Part shown: positions 28,119 to 37,760 of the stretch, piece by piece | Numbering within the stretch: the stretch's first letter is position 1 | How the letters are laid out: the number at the start of each line of letters is the position of its first letter | Origin: Escherichia coli phage phiS | Reading direction: 5' to 3' (one strand) | Sequence record: PP449093.1 | Length of the DNA: 64,000 nucleotides | Notes under the pieces: generated by a model | The model's database searches: none | The model's input: the letters and a program-made list of their open reading frames with translations, nothing else | What the model was told of the DNA's origin: nothing | Made by a program: the position numbers and the translations under genes

Positions 28119-29066
28119 ATGAACATTTTTCGTCGTCAAGATTCTTCCAAACTGCAAGCTCAACTGGCAGCACTGAAAGGTAGCAACGGCTTCTCCAAAG
28201 AAGATCCGAAAGAGTGGAAGATTAAGACTGATGCAGCAGGTAACGGTGAAGCCCTGATTCGCTTCCTGCCGTCTAAGACAGAAGACGGTCTGCCGATTGT
28301 GAAACTGGTAAACCATTCCTTCAAAGTTAATGGCAAATGGTATTGGGAAAACTGCTCCAGCACCCACGGTGATTTTGATTCTTGCCCTGTGTGCAAATAT
28401 ATTAACGAAAAAGATCTGTACAATACCGATAAAACAGAATGGCAACTGATTAAGCGTAAAGCCTCTTACTACGCAAATATTCTGGTACTGAAAGATCCTC
28501 AAGCACCAGAAAATGAAGGTAATGTATTCAAATTCCGCTTCGGTCAGAAAATTTATGATAAGATCGTTGCAATGGTGAACGTGAATACCGACATGGGCGA
28601 AGTTCCGGTAGATGTAACTTGTGTGTTCTCCGGTGCTAACTTCCTCCTGAAAGCTAAGAAGGTTGATAAACACCAGAACTATGATGATTCTCGTTTCATG
28701 CAGCAATCACAGCTTCCGAAAATTGAAGACGAAGCATATCAGAAATATCTGATGGAAAACATGGTTGACCTGAGTGAGATTGTAGCGCCTAGCCAGTTTA
28801 AACCGTTCGATGAACTGGAAACCAAATTTAAGAAAACTATGGGCGTTTCTATGGTAGCTGGTGCTGCGGCTTCCAGTGCTGCGGCAGCGATTAACAGCCA
28901 GCTTGACGATTTTGACGCACAGATGAATGCATTCGATTCTGGTATAACCGCAGCTAGCACGGCGTTAGATTCTTCCGCTGATGACCTGATGGCATCTCTG
29001 GACCTGGGTGGCGGTACTTCCTCCGCTTCTGATCTGGATGATCTTGACGCTCTGTTAGGGATGTAA
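28119..29066 (+). CDS. 32: single-stranded DNA-binding protein gp32
   Basis: Resembles T4 gp32 (IRFLPSK, KWY.E.CSSTHGD.DS, CKYI...DLYNTD, PENEG.VFK.RFG.KI.DKI.AM, acidic Ala-rich C-terminus). Confidence 0.9.
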   Translation: MNIFRRQDSSKLQAQLAALKGSNGFSKEDPKEWKIKTDAAGNGEALIRFLPSKTEDGLPIVKLVNHSFKVNGKWYWENCSSTHGDFDSCPVCKYINEKDLYNTDKTEWQLIKRKASYYANILVLKDPQAPENEGNVFKFRFGQKIYDKIVAMVNVNTDMGEVPVDVTCVFSGANFLLKAKKVDKHQNYDDSRFMQQSQLPKIEDEAYQKYLMENMVDLSEIVAPSQFKPFDELETKFKKTMGVSMVAGAAASSAAAAINSQLDDFDAQMNAFDSGITAASTALDSSADDLMASLDLGGGTSSASDLDDLDALLGM

Positions 29067-29074
29067 TGAATTTT

Positions 29075-29104
29075 AAAGCCTTCCTTCGGGGAGGCTTTTT
29101 TATT
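29075..29104 (+). terminator. rho-independent terminator after gene 32
   Basis: GCCTTCC-TTCG-GGGAGGC followed by TTTTTTATT. Confidence 0.7.
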
Positions 29105-29128
29105 GCCTAAAATTTTATGAAAAAGGTG

Positions 29129-29156
29129 TTGACATGCTGATGTTAGGATGTATAAT
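29129..29156 (+). promoter_or_regulatory. sigma70-like early promoter
   Basis: AAAAAGGTGTTGACA, 16 nt spacer, TATAAT, ACAAACATCGAAAC leader. Confidence 0.6.
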
Positions 29157-29186
29157 ACAAACATCGAAACAAAGGAGGATAAAAAT

Positions 29187-30431
29187 ATGAAAACTTACTT
29201 TGCAAAAGATGTTTGTTATATTATCAAAAATAAATCCGTCTCAAAAACACCAGAACATTACGAGAATCTCTCAATAAGTTATGCATTGTCTCATGGTTTC
29301 GTTTATTTGGGGTTTATTGGAGAATATTCTGGATGCCAAACCCTGTCAAATTTTGAATGTAAAAGACATGGAACGTTTGCGGTCAGAGTAAAAAATCTAA
29401 ATCATGCTAAACATGGTTGCCCAAACTGTGCCCTTGAGAATAGGGCAGAAAAAAGAAAATTGAGTATAGAAAAGATTTATAACGACATAAATCGAATCTG
29501 TGATGAGAACGGAACCATAGAATTAACAGAAATTAAAGGTGGGTATAAAACAACAAAAACACGAAATTTATTTTTTAAATGTAAATTGTGTAATGGCATG
29601 TTTAATACATCACATGATCATTTAAAACGAGGTCAAGCATGTCCAAAATGTCGGTATAAAAAAATTTCTGTGTGTAATACTAGAAACCAACTTGATATTG
29701 AACTTGACATAAAAATAGAATGTAAAAAAAGAAAAACCGTTGAATTTGTAGAATTTGAAAATGGATATTGCAGATACAAGTCAAAAAATTTAATAATGAG
29801 ATGTTTGCGTGGACACGGAAATTACACAACAACAGCAAACGACTTTTTTAAGGGATGTGGTTGTCCTACATGCGGAGGAACGAAAAGACTAACAGAAAAA
29901 CAAGCATCTGAACAAATGATAAAAGAGTGTGAAATTAGAGGTTATGATTTTTTGGGATTTTTTAATGGGTATAAAAAGTCGGCAGAACCTAATGCAAAAT
30001 TAAAATGTAAACGCAGCGGGGTAAGTTTTTATACATCACACAACAATTTTATGAAAGGACAAAACTGTAAGTGTTGCTCTGAATTTGGATATAGAACAAC
30101 GAAATCTGGTGTTTTCTATGTACAGAAACTGTTAGAAAATAATATTTTTTGTGGTGTTAAATTTGGTGTAACCAATAGAACAACAAAAGAACGAATTGGA
30201 GGTCAATCTCGCCTTTCCAAATTCGACCACGAGATCTTTTATGAACTTACTTTACAAGACGGTCAAAAGATCTTAGACTTAGAGAACAAGATCAAGGAAG
30301 CGATGAAAGGTAAAACTTCCTATATCTCAAAAGAAGATATGCCGGATGGCTACACAGAGACAGTAGCACCGTCCGAATTGAGCACTATCATGTATATCGT
30401 AAAATCTTTTGAAAAAGAGTTGACAAAGTAA
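29187..30431 (+). CDS. Cys-rich protein: four tandem zinc-ribbon-like repeats plus C-terminal GIY-YIG-like domain
   Basis: Four repeats of about 28 aa ending in GCPxC / CPKC / CPTCGG / CKCC; C-terminal GVFYVQ...KFGVTNRTTKERI...EIFYEL; locus matches the T4 segG neighbourhood. Confidence 0.5.
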   Translation: MKTYFAKDVCYIIKNKSVSKTPEHYENLSISYALSHGFVYLGFIGEYSGCQTLSNFECKRHGTFAVRVKNLNHAKHGCPNCALENRAEKRKLSIEKIYNDINRICDENGTIELTEIKGGYKTTKTRNLFFKCKLCNGMFNTSHDHLKRGQACPKCRYKKISVCNTRNQLDIELDIKIECKKRKTVEFVEFENGYCRYKSKNLIMRCLRGHGNYTTTANDFFKGCGCPTCGGTKRLTEKQASEQMIKECEIRGYDFLGFFNGYKKSAEPNAKLKCKRSGVSFYTSHNNFMKGQNCKCCSEFGYRTTKSGVFYVQKLLENNIFCGVKFGVTNRTTKERIGGQSRLSKFDHEIFYELTLQDGQKILDLENKIKEAMKGKTSYISKEDMPDGYTETVAPSELSTIMYIVKSFEKELTK

Positions 30432-30447
30432 CATAGTATTGTATAAT
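30420..30447 (+). promoter_or_regulatory. sigma70-like early promoter
   Basis: TTGACA, 16 nt spacer, TATAAT, CGAACATCGAAAC leader; near-duplicate of the 29129 promoter. Confidence 0.6.
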
Positions 30448-30478
30448 ACGAACATCGAAACAAAGTGAGGATTACATT

Positions 30479-30808
30479 ATGTGGACTGTAGAACAAGAAG
30501 TTAACGGATCAATCGAAATTCTGTCTTGTGGTACTATTGAGGAATGTCTTAATACAGCCAACCGCAATTGTATTACAATTTATGAGTCTCGTCGCGGTGA
30601 TGGTAGTTTAATTCAAAGTGATTATCGTTACACTGCCGATAAAATTATCTTTCGTTTCTGGGAAAATGGTGTTAACGTTGGTGTCAGCCTACTGAAAAAG
30701 TATCGTGACTATTCAGAACGCTATTATGTTTGCCCTGATGATGGCACAGTGTTTAAAACAGAGATTAACGAAGAAAACGTTAACGAAAACTACCTTAAAA
30801 TGGTCTGA
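30479..30808 (+). CDS. hypothetical protein (109 aa)
   Basis: ORF after AGTGAGGATTACATT SD motif. Confidence 0.55.
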   Translation: MWTVEQEVNGSIEILSCGTIEECLNTANRNCITIYESRRGDGSLIQSDYRYTADKIIFRFWENGVNVGVSLLKKYRDYSERYYVCPDDGTVFKTEINEENVNENYLKMV

Positions 30809-30821
30809 TAGGAGATATATT

Positions 30822-31403
30822 ATGATTCAATGTGTATTTGCGATTGGTGACACTAAAATGTCGGATGAAAATTGGGCGTTTGGTTTTAAAGGCGGCTTAC
30901 CGTGGGGTCGTCCAATCAAAAAGGATATGGAAAACTTTAAAATGCGCACTATGGGAGATGTTGATCTTGCGGCGGTGGTAATGGGACGTAATACCTTTGA
31001 AAGTCTCCCTAAAGCACTGGAAGGTCGTGTGAATGTGGTTGTTAGCACCGATACCAGTAAGCCAGCACCGAAAGCAAAAAACGGCGACCAACCAGATGTG
31101 TATACCGCGATTACTAATGATGGTGGATTGAAGGAATTATTAGAAGTCATAGAGAAATTGCAAGGTTTGGTAAGCGTTATTGGTGGACCTTCCCTGATTG
31201 AAAAAGCAGTTGACTTTGCGGACCGTATTGTGTTAACGTATGTTCAACGTTCAGGGATCAACGATCCATTTGAATATGATGTTGGTATATCTAAGGAAAT
31301 GATTCAGGAATTGTATTTTGACTTTGTAACCAAAGAAGAACATAATTACTTCCTTGATAATTACCTGATCAGCGAACAAATTTTAGAACGTAAGAAGGCG
31401 TAA
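30822..31403 (+). CDS. frd: dihydrofolate reductase
   Basis: 193 aa; DHFR motifs (GLPWGRP.KKD...F...T, V.GR.TFESLP, VIGGPSL); ATG at 30822 after GGAGA, ORF-track start at 30705 is further upstream. Confidence 0.85.
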   Translation: MIQCVFAIGDTKMSDENWAFGFKGGLPWGRPIKKDMENFKMRTMGDVDLAAVVMGRNTFESLPKALEGRVNVVVSTDTSKPAPKAKNGDQPDVYTAITNDGGLKELLEVIEKLQGLVSVIGGPSLIEKAVDFADRIVLTYVQRSGINDPFEYDVGISKEMIQELYFDFVTKEEHNYFLDNYLISEQILERKKA

Positions 31404-31404
31404 C

Positions 31405-31497
31405 ATGAAAATTCTGACAGATTATGAGTGCAAACATTGTGGTGAATCTTTGATGTTTGCTGGTAGTCGGTGCTTACATTGCGGACGGGAGCAATAA
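31405..31497 (+). CDS. small zinc-ribbon peptide (30 aa)
   Basis: CKHCGE...CLHCG between frd and td; below ORF-track cutoff. Confidence 0.4.
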   Translation: MKILTDYECKHCGESLMFAGSRCLHCGREQ

Positions 31498-31766
31498 TGA
31501 AAGTCGGTATTATTCAATTATGGACGGCTACCAGTGAAAACTACGCAGTAGCCGTAGATTATTACGGGTTACAATATCTCTATGATGAAGCTAAAGCGTC
31601 ATGGCTTCCAGTACAGGAAAATAGCGACATTTCAAGACCTGTTACTGTATTCGATCCTGGAGTTGTCTTTATCGATATTGACGAGACAGTAGCAAAACTG
31701 CGTAAGAAAGCAATCAACAAGAAAAAGGTGATGTGGGATGAAAGAATATTTGAAACTGTTGCGTGA
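31497..31766 (+). CDS. hypothetical protein (89 aa)
   Basis: TAATG overlap with the upstream peptide; in frame with ORF-track 31470..31766. Confidence 0.5.
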   Translation: MKVGIIQLWTATSENYAVAVDYYGLQYLYDEAKASWLPVQENSDISRPVTVFDPGVVFIDIDETVAKLRKKAINKKKVMWDERIFETVA

Positions 31767-32958
31767 TGTTCTTGATAATGGCTGGCCTCGTGAAGACCGA
31801 ACTGGGGTAGGTACGCTCTCTAAATTCGGCGCAGAGATGCGAATTGATTTAAGCAAGGGTTTCCCATTACTGACCACTAAAAAGATGGCTACAGCCTCTG
31901 TAATTGGCGAATTGCTATGGTTTATGGAGGGATCACTTGACCGCCGTCGCTTACAGGAAATTACACGCGGCAAGTTTGACGAAGAAGCCTTCGACATTTG
32001 GCGCGGCAACTGTCTTGATATGAAAGAAAAGAATCCTTTGCGATTCAATGGTTATAATGTCGGCAATATGTATGGTATGGCGTGGCGACGCAAACCGATT
32101 CATCCACACGGTGAAATCAAAATTAAGCGCGTTAAGAGCAAATATACACATACATTTAAGCACCCGTGGGTAGAAGACTTTACGCCAACCAATGAAACAG
32201 AAGACCGTTTATGTGCTATCTGGCGTGGTATGCGTTATGAAGAGTTTGATTGTATTCTGGTAGCAGACCACTGGAAGACTCAATCTAATTTTGTTAATGA
32301 TGCATATTGCTTGTGGGGATTCCAGGAATGGGTAGATAGTGGTTATTTCGATTATCTGCTTGATAGTGATTATCTGGGCGGTGACATTTTAGCACCGGAT
32401 ACCACGATCTTTGTTAGTATGGACGTAGACACATCAAGCCCTAAAGACGATGAGGAATATGTATATCGCCAGAAGATTTGGGAAGACCAGTTACAAAACG
32501 TGATTGAACAAATTAAAAACAATCCAACAGATCGCCGGATCATTATTGACTCATGGAACGTACAAGGAACACATAATGCTGTATTAGGTGTATGTCATCC
32601 TTTCGTGCAATTCTATGTCAATGAAGGTAAACTGTCTTGTATGTGGTTTCAGCGAAGCGTAGACAGCTTTTTGGGCTTGCCCTTTAACGTCGCCAGCTAT
32701 GCGCTGTTAACTCACATCATAGCGAAAATGTGTGATCTTGAGGTAGGAGAACTGATTTTCTCTGGTGGAGATACTCACATTTACAAAAACCACTTTGATC
32801 AAGTTATGGAACAGTTAAGCCGTGTTCCGTTTGATAAACCAACAATTGAGTTGCCGGAATTTAAATCTTTAGATGAGATATTGACAAAGACTCCGAAAGA
32901 CTTTAAAATTCACAACTATCAAAGCCATCCAGCGATCACAGCTCAAATGGCAGTATAA
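31738..32958 (+). CDS. td: thymidylate synthase with about 130-aa insertion in the small domain, intron-less
   Basis: ThyA motifs (DRTGVGT, MYGMAWRR, DRRIIIDSWN, CHPFVQFYV, DSFLGLPFNVASYALLTHI, GGDTHIY); continuous 406-aa frame. Confidence 0.9.
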   Translation: MKEYLKLLRDVLDNGWPREDRTGVGTLSKFGAEMRIDLSKGFPLLTTKKMATASVIGELLWFMEGSLDRRRLQEITRGKFDEEAFDIWRGNCLDMKEKNPLRFNGYNVGNMYGMAWRRKPIHPHGEIKIKRVKSKYTHTFKHPWVEDFTPTNETEDRLCAIWRGMRYEEFDCILVADHWKTQSNFVNDAYCLWGFQEWVDSGYFDYLLDSDYLGGDILAPDTTIFVSMDVDTSSPKDDEEYVYRQKIWEDQLQNVIEQIKNNPTDRRIIIDSWNVQGTHNAVLGVCHPFVQFYVNEGKLSCMWFQRSVDSFLGLPFNVASYALLTHIIAKMCDLEVGELIFSGGDTHIYKNHFDQVMEQLSRVPFDKPTIELPEFKSLDEILTKTPKDFKIHNYQSHPAITAQMAV

Positions 32959-32962
32959 ACAA

Positions 32963-32985
32963 AGGGGGCGAAAGCCCCCCAAATA
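32963..32985 (+). terminator. GC-rich hairpin after td (weak terminator or RNA stability element)
   Basis: GGGGGC-GAAA-GCCCCC; no clear T-run. Confidence 0.35.
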
Positions 32986-33028
32986 TGGAGGATAAACTTG
33001 TTCCTGCTAAAATATGAAGTGAGGTAAT

Positions 33029-35272
33029 ATGATTAAAAATGTTGTTAAGTCTTCCGGTCTGACTGTTCCGTTTGAAAAAGAAAAAGTAATGAAAATTCTT
33101 GAAGCGGCAGCCGAAGGTCATAACGTTGATCCATATGAATTGTTTGATATGGTTGAACCACTTCTGACAGAAGGTATGTCTACCAATGATATCCAGAAAG
33201 TATTGATTAAGGTCGCAGCAGATAACATTACTGTAGAAACACCAGATTATCAATATGTAGCAAGTAACCTTGCAATGTTCGCGCTTCGCAAATCAGTATA
33301 CGGTCAATTCCAACCGATTGATTTTTATAGCCATATTGAGCGTAATATTGCAACCGGAAAATATGATCGCGAAATTCTGCAAAAGTATTCCCGCGAAGAA
33401 GTGGAATATCTGGAGAAATTCATCGATCATAAACTTGATTTTAAAATGACCTACGCTGGTGCGATGCAGTTAAAAGAGAAATATCTTGTTCAGGATCGCA
33501 GCACTAAGAAAATCATTGAAACACCGCAGTTTGCGTATATGCTGATCGGTATGTGCTTACATCAAGAAGAGACAGAAAATCGACTTGAACATGTGATTGA
33601 TTTTTATAATGCTGTTGCGAATAAGCAAATTTCTCTGCCTACTCCGATTATGGCGGGTGTGCGTACCCCGACACGACAATTTAGTTCGTGTGTGGTTATT
33701 GAAAGTGATGACTCATTGCAGGGCATCAACGAAACAGCAAATGCAATCATCAAGTATATTAGTAAGCGTGCTGGTATCGGTATCAATGCTGGTATGATTC
33801 GCGCGGAAGGATCTAAGATCGGGCATGGTGAAGTTCGTCATACTGGCGTTATCCCATTCTGGAAACATTTTCAGACTGCCGTTAAGTCATGCTCACAAGG
33901 CGGTATTCGTGGCGGGGCGGCGACTCTCTATTACCCAATGTGGCATTTAGAGTTTGAAAGTCTTATTGTGTTGAAGAACAACAAAGGGGTAGAAGATAAC
34001 CGCATTCGTCATCTTGATTACGGCGTACAGATTAATAACCTGATGGTAGAGCGATTCCTTAAACGGGATTACATTACTCTGTTTAGTCCAGATGTTGCAG
34101 GTGGCTTGTTGTGGGATCTGTACTTCCGAGATGAGGAAGGTTTCCGCCAGCTTTACGAAAAACTGGAAAAAGATCCGAGTGTTCGTAAAACTCGTGTTAA
34201 AGCCGAAGACCTGTTTTTAGCGGTAGCAATTGAACGTTTTAACACTGGTCGAATCTACCCAACATTCACAGACAACATGAACAATCACGGGGCGTTTATT
34301 CGTAATGTAGCACCAATTAAACAATCTAACCTGTGTTGTGAAATTGCTCTGCCAACAAAACCGATGGGTCGTGATGATTCAGAAATTAGCCTATGTACTT
34401 TGGCAGCATATGTTTTAGGTAATTTCGATATCGAAAATATGGAAGAAGTAGAACGCATTGCTATGGTTATGGTGCGTGCACTTGACAACCTGTTAGATTA
34501 TCAGGATTATCCTGTAGAACAAGCTCTGACAGCCAAAAAACGTCGCTCTCTGGGTGTTGGTGTTACTAACTTTGCATCATATCTAGCAGATAATTTCTTC
34601 ACATATGAAGACGCTAACGAGTTTACGCATAAAACGTTTGAACGCTTGCAATATGCTCTGATTAAGGCTAGTGTGCGACTGGCTAAAGAGAAGGGTGCTT
34701 GCGAACTGATGCACGAAACACGTTATGGTCGCGGTGAACTGCCTATCGACTGGTACAAAAAGACAGTAGATGAACTGGTTGATCCGGTGTATGAGATGGA
34801 TTGGGAAGAACTGCGCGAAGACCTGAAAAAATATGGCATTCGTAACAGTACACTTTCGGCGCTGATGCCGTGTGAGTCGTCTTCTCAGGTATCTAACAGC
34901 ACAAACGGTATTGAACCGCCTCGCGGGATTGTATCGGTTAAAGGATCGAAAGAAGGGCAATTTAATCAGGTTATTCCGAACGTAGAGAATAATGCTGATG
35001 TTATTGACCTGCTTTGGACACTGATCAAGAAAGGTAACAAGCCTTATCTGACACTGGCAGCGATCATGCAGAAGTTTGTAGATCAGGCGATTAGTTCCAA
35101 TACATCCTATGATCCAAGCACTTATAAGACTGGTAAAGTCGATATTGCTGATGTGTTAGATGATATGTTGTTCGCTCAACATTACGGTCTGAAAACCCTG
35201 TATTATGCGAACGTTCGCGACGGTGCAGATGGTACGGAAGACGCTAGCGAGTGCTCATCTTGCAAGCTGTAA
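33029..35272 (+). CDS. nrdA: aerobic ribonucleotide reductase large subunit
   Basis: 747 aa; class Ia RNR alpha motifs incl. catalytic NLCCEI and C-terminal CxxC. Confidence 0.95.
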   Translation: MIKNVVKSSGLTVPFEKEKVMKILEAAAEGHNVDPYELFDMVEPLLTEGMSTNDIQKVLIKVAADNITVETPDYQYVASNLAMFALRKSVYGQFQPIDFYSHIERNIATGKYDREILQKYSREEVEYLEKFIDHKLDFKMTYAGAMQLKEKYLVQDRSTKKIIETPQFAYMLIGMCLHQEETENRLEHVIDFYNAVANKQISLPTPIMAGVRTPTRQFSSCVVIESDDSLQGINETANAIIKYISKRAGIGINAGMIRAEGSKIGHGEVRHTGVIPFWKHFQTAVKSCSQGGIRGGAATLYYPMWHLEFESLIVLKNNKGVEDNRIRHLDYGVQINNLMVERFLKRDYITLFSPDVAGGLLWDLYFRDEEGFRQLYEKLEKDPSVRKTRVKAEDLFLAVAIERFNTGRIYPTFTDNMNNHGAFIRNVAPIKQSNLCCEIALPTKPMGRDDSEISLCTLAAYVLGNFDIENMEEVERIAMVMVRALDNLLDYQDYPVEQALTAKKRRSLGVGVTNFASYLADNFFTYEDANEFTHKTFERLQYALIKASVRLAKEKGACELMHETRYGRGELPIDWYKKTVDELVDPVYEMDWEELREDLKKYGIRNSTLSALMPCESSSQVSNSTNGIEPPRGIVSVKGSKEGQFNQVIPNVENNADVIDLLWTLIKKGNKPYLTLAAIMQKFVDQAISSNTSYDPSTYKTGKVDIADVLDDMLFAQHYGLKTLYYANVRDGADGTEDASECSSCKL

Positions 35273-35280
35273 AATAAGTG

Positions 35281-35309
35281 TTGACGCGGGGAGAAATCCC
35301 CGCTATAAT
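35281..35309 (+). promoter_or_regulatory. early promoter with palindromic GC-rich spacer
   Basis: TTGACG, spacer CGGGGAGAAATCCCCGC (17 nt dyad), TATAAT. Confidence 0.65.
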
Positions 35310-35341
35310 ACAACCATCAAAAACAAGTGAGGATTTTTATT

Positions 35342-35509
35342 ATGACCAAATTAAAATGTGTTGCTGTAGATTTTGAGCTAGCTGATAGCTTTGTTGTCGG
35401 TGATGTATATGATGCTCGACATGATGGGGCTTGCTACTACGTTGAGGATGAATATGGCGTAGAATGGGCTATTCTTCCTGATGATAAATGCTTTGAGGTT
35501 GTAGGATAA
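35342..35509 (+). CDS. hypothetical protein (55 aa)
   Basis: ATG after GTGAGGATTTTTATT; ORF-track start is a GTG in the SD. Confidence 0.5.
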   Translation: MTKLKCVAVDFELADSFVVGDVYDARHDGACYYVEDEYGVEWAILPDDKCFEVVG

Positions 35510-35682
35510 TGGCTACTGTATGGTTATTGATTGCAATCAGCAATTCAATGTATAATTACGGAAATATGTCAAGCATTGAGTTTGCAACAAAGCAGGATTG
35601 CGTTAAAGCTCGCGAGGTTATCCGCGAAGACAATAAACGCTTTATGAATCTGTACTGTGTTGAAAAGCAGAAGGTGAACTAA
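35509..35682 (+). CDS. small protein with hydrophobic N-terminus (57 aa), paralog 1
   Basis: TAATG coupling; MATVWLLIAISNSMY...; below ORF-track cutoff. Confidence 0.45.
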   Translation: MATVWLLIAISNSMYNYGNMSSIEFATKQDCVKAREVIREDNKRFMNLYCVEKQKVN

Positions 35683-35849
35683 TGGCTACATTATGGTTAT
35701 TGCTTTCCGTTAGTGTTGGTGTGTATAATAAAGGCACGGTCACTGGTGTAGAGTTTACATCTCATCAAAGTTGTTTTGAGGCTTTGCGGGAACTACAACA
35801 GGATAGCGAAATAAACAGAAATACTAAGTTCTTTTGTGTTAAAAAGTGA
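35682..35849 (+). CDS. small protein with hydrophobic N-terminus (55 aa), paralog 2
   Basis: TAATG coupling; MATLWLLLSVSVGVY...; tandem duplicate of the preceding gene. Confidence 0.45.
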   Translation: MATLWLLLSVSVGVYNKGTVTGVEFTSHQSCFEALRELQQDSEINRNTKFFCVKK

Positions 35850-35918
35850 TAGTGAGGTGAATTAATCCTTCTTCTGGATACCTGATAAATAATGGTATAC
35901 AGAAAAGAGGATTTATTC

Positions 35919-36566
35919 ATGAACTTACAAAAACTACACGACGCAATCATAGAAAAAGCAAAGATGAGAGGAACCGTTGAAGGATATAAGGAAACACATC
36001 ACATTTTACCGCGATCTATGGGTGGCAGTGATGAAGTCGATAACCTGATTGATTTGACAGCAAAAGAACATTTTGTTATTCATCACCTGCTAGCAAAAAT
36101 TCATGGTGGACCTATGGCGCAAGCATTTGGTATGATGTGTTTGGCAAAAAATGCTAAGACCAATAAAAGAGATTATGTTGTTTCGTCTAGGGTATATGAA
36201 CAAGCTAGGGTACTGATATCTGAACAAAGAAAGGGTAAGCCTATGAAAGAAGAAACGCGAAGAAAGATTAGCGAATCTTCAAAGGGTGTATTGAAATCAG
36301 AAGAAACAAAAGCTAAAATGCGTAAACCAAAAACAAAGGAGCACGCGTTAAACATTTCAAAAGCTAGAATGGGAAGTAAAAATCCTATGTTTGGTAAACC
36401 ATCACCAACTAAAGGAATACCACATAGCGAGGAAATGAGAAAGCTGATTGCACAAAGGACAAAGGAAGCAACGATGGCAGATCCTTGTCCGCATTGCGGT
36501 AAAATTACCAATAAAGGCAATGCTCTACGATGGCACTTTGATAACTGTAAAATGAGGAATATGTGA
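35919..36566 (+). CDS. mobE: HNH homing endonuclease (MobE-like) between nrdA and nrdB
   Basis: HNH motif ETHHILPRSMGGSDEVDNLIDLTAKEH; C-terminal NUMOD-like repeats; same location as T4 mobE. Confidence 0.75.
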   Translation: MNLQKLHDAIIEKAKMRGTVEGYKETHHILPRSMGGSDEVDNLIDLTAKEHFVIHHLLAKIHGGPMAQAFGMMCLAKNAKTNKRDYVVSSRVYEQARVLISEQRKGKPMKEETRRKISESSKGVLKSEETKAKMRKPKTKEHALNISKARMGSKNPMFGKPSPTKGIPHSEEMRKLIAQRTKEATMADPCPHCGKITNKGNALRWHFDNCKMRNM

Positions 36567-37760
36567 ATGGGAAATACGGTATTTAATCGTGAACATGTTG
36601 ATATTATGAATGAACCGATGTTTCTGGGTAGCGGTTTAGGTATCGCTCGTTATGATATTCAGCGTCATCAAGTATTTGAAGAATTAATTGAAAAATCTCT
36701 GTCATTTTTCTGGCGTCCAGAAGAGATTTCACTTGCAACTGACCGCATTCAATATCTTAATATGGGTGACGTTGAAAAGCGTTTCTTTACTGAAAACTTG
36801 AAGTATCAGACATTACTTGATTCTATTCAAGGTCGCGCACCGTCCGCAGCATTTGGTCCAATTGTATCTGATCCAACTCTCGATACATGGTTACAAACAT
36901 GGACATTCAGCGAAACGATTCATAGCCGCAGTTATACTCACATTATGCGTAACTGTTTTATTGATCCGGCTAGTGAGTTCGACCAGATCATCGATAACCC
37001 TGCTATCATGAAGCGAGCGGAATCTATCGGGAAATATTATGATGATGTTCTTTATTGGATTCGTAAGTATGAGAATGCAAAAGAAGATCTCCGCTATTGG
37101 GAAGAAGAAGTTCTCCACCACTATTGGGAAGAACGAGACGATCAGACAGAATTAGATGATGCAAGAAGATTTTTTGAAGATACAAAACGAGATCTGATGG
37201 CTTCGATTTATCTGTGTGCACACTGCGTAAATGCACTGGAAGCAATTCGTTTTTATGTGTCCTTTGCATGTACTTTCAGCTTTGCCGAACGTGGTTTACT
37301 GGAAGGTAACGCGAAGATCATGAAATTTATTGCGCGTGATGAACAACTTCACTTAAAAGGCACACAATACATTATTCGTCAATGGCAAACGGGGGTTGAT
37401 GGTGATGAGTGGAAACAGATTGCGGAAGAACTTGAAGGCGAAGCAACGAAAATCTTTCTGGATGTTGTCGAGCAAGAAAAAGAATGGGTAGACCACCTAT
37501 TCGCAATGGGGGCAATTCCTAACCTGTCACCGGAAATTCTGAAAACCTATGTAGAATACCTGGCAGATTCCCGTATGCGCGCCGCCGGACTGAAAAGCCC
37601 GTTTAGTGTTCGTCGTCATCCGTTACCGTGGATGCGTAAATGGTTGAACTCTGACGAAGTACAGAATGCAGCGCAGGAAGTAGAGATTATGTATCTGGTA
37701 TCTCAGGTTAATACCGATTTAACAGACGACGACTACAACCGATTCGGGAAATATCTATGA
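36567..37760 (+). CDS. nrdB: aerobic ribonucleotide reductase small subunit, intron-less
   Basis: 397 aa; class Ia beta motifs (FFWRPEE, NLKYQTLLDSIQGR, WTFSETIHSRSYTHI, NALEAIRFYVSFAC.F.FAERG). Confidence 0.95.
   Translation: MGNTVFNREHVDIMNEPMFLGSGLGIARYDIQRHQVFEELIEKSLSFFWRPEEISLATDRIQYLNMGDVEKRFFTENLKYQTLLDSIQGRAPSAAFGPIVSDPTLDTWLQTWTFSETIHSRSYTHIMRNCFIDPASEFDQIIDNPAIMKRAESIGKYYDDVLYWIRKYENAKEDLRYWEEEVLHHYWEERDDQTELDDARRFFEDTKRDLMASIYLCAHCVNALEAIRFYVSFACTFSFAERGLLEGNAKIMKFIARDEQLHLKGTQYIIRQWQTGVDGDEWKQIAEELEGEATKIFLDVVEQEKEWVDHLFAMGAIPNLSPEILKTYVEYLADSRMRAAGLKSPFSVRRHPLPWMRKWLNSDEVQNAAQEVEIMYLVSQVNTDLTDDDYNRFGKYL

Noticed and set aside
31738-32958. td interrupted by a group I intron or intein
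   Set aside because: The reading frame is continuous across the extra segment and no intein N-terminal Cys/Ser or C-terminal His-Asn junction is present.
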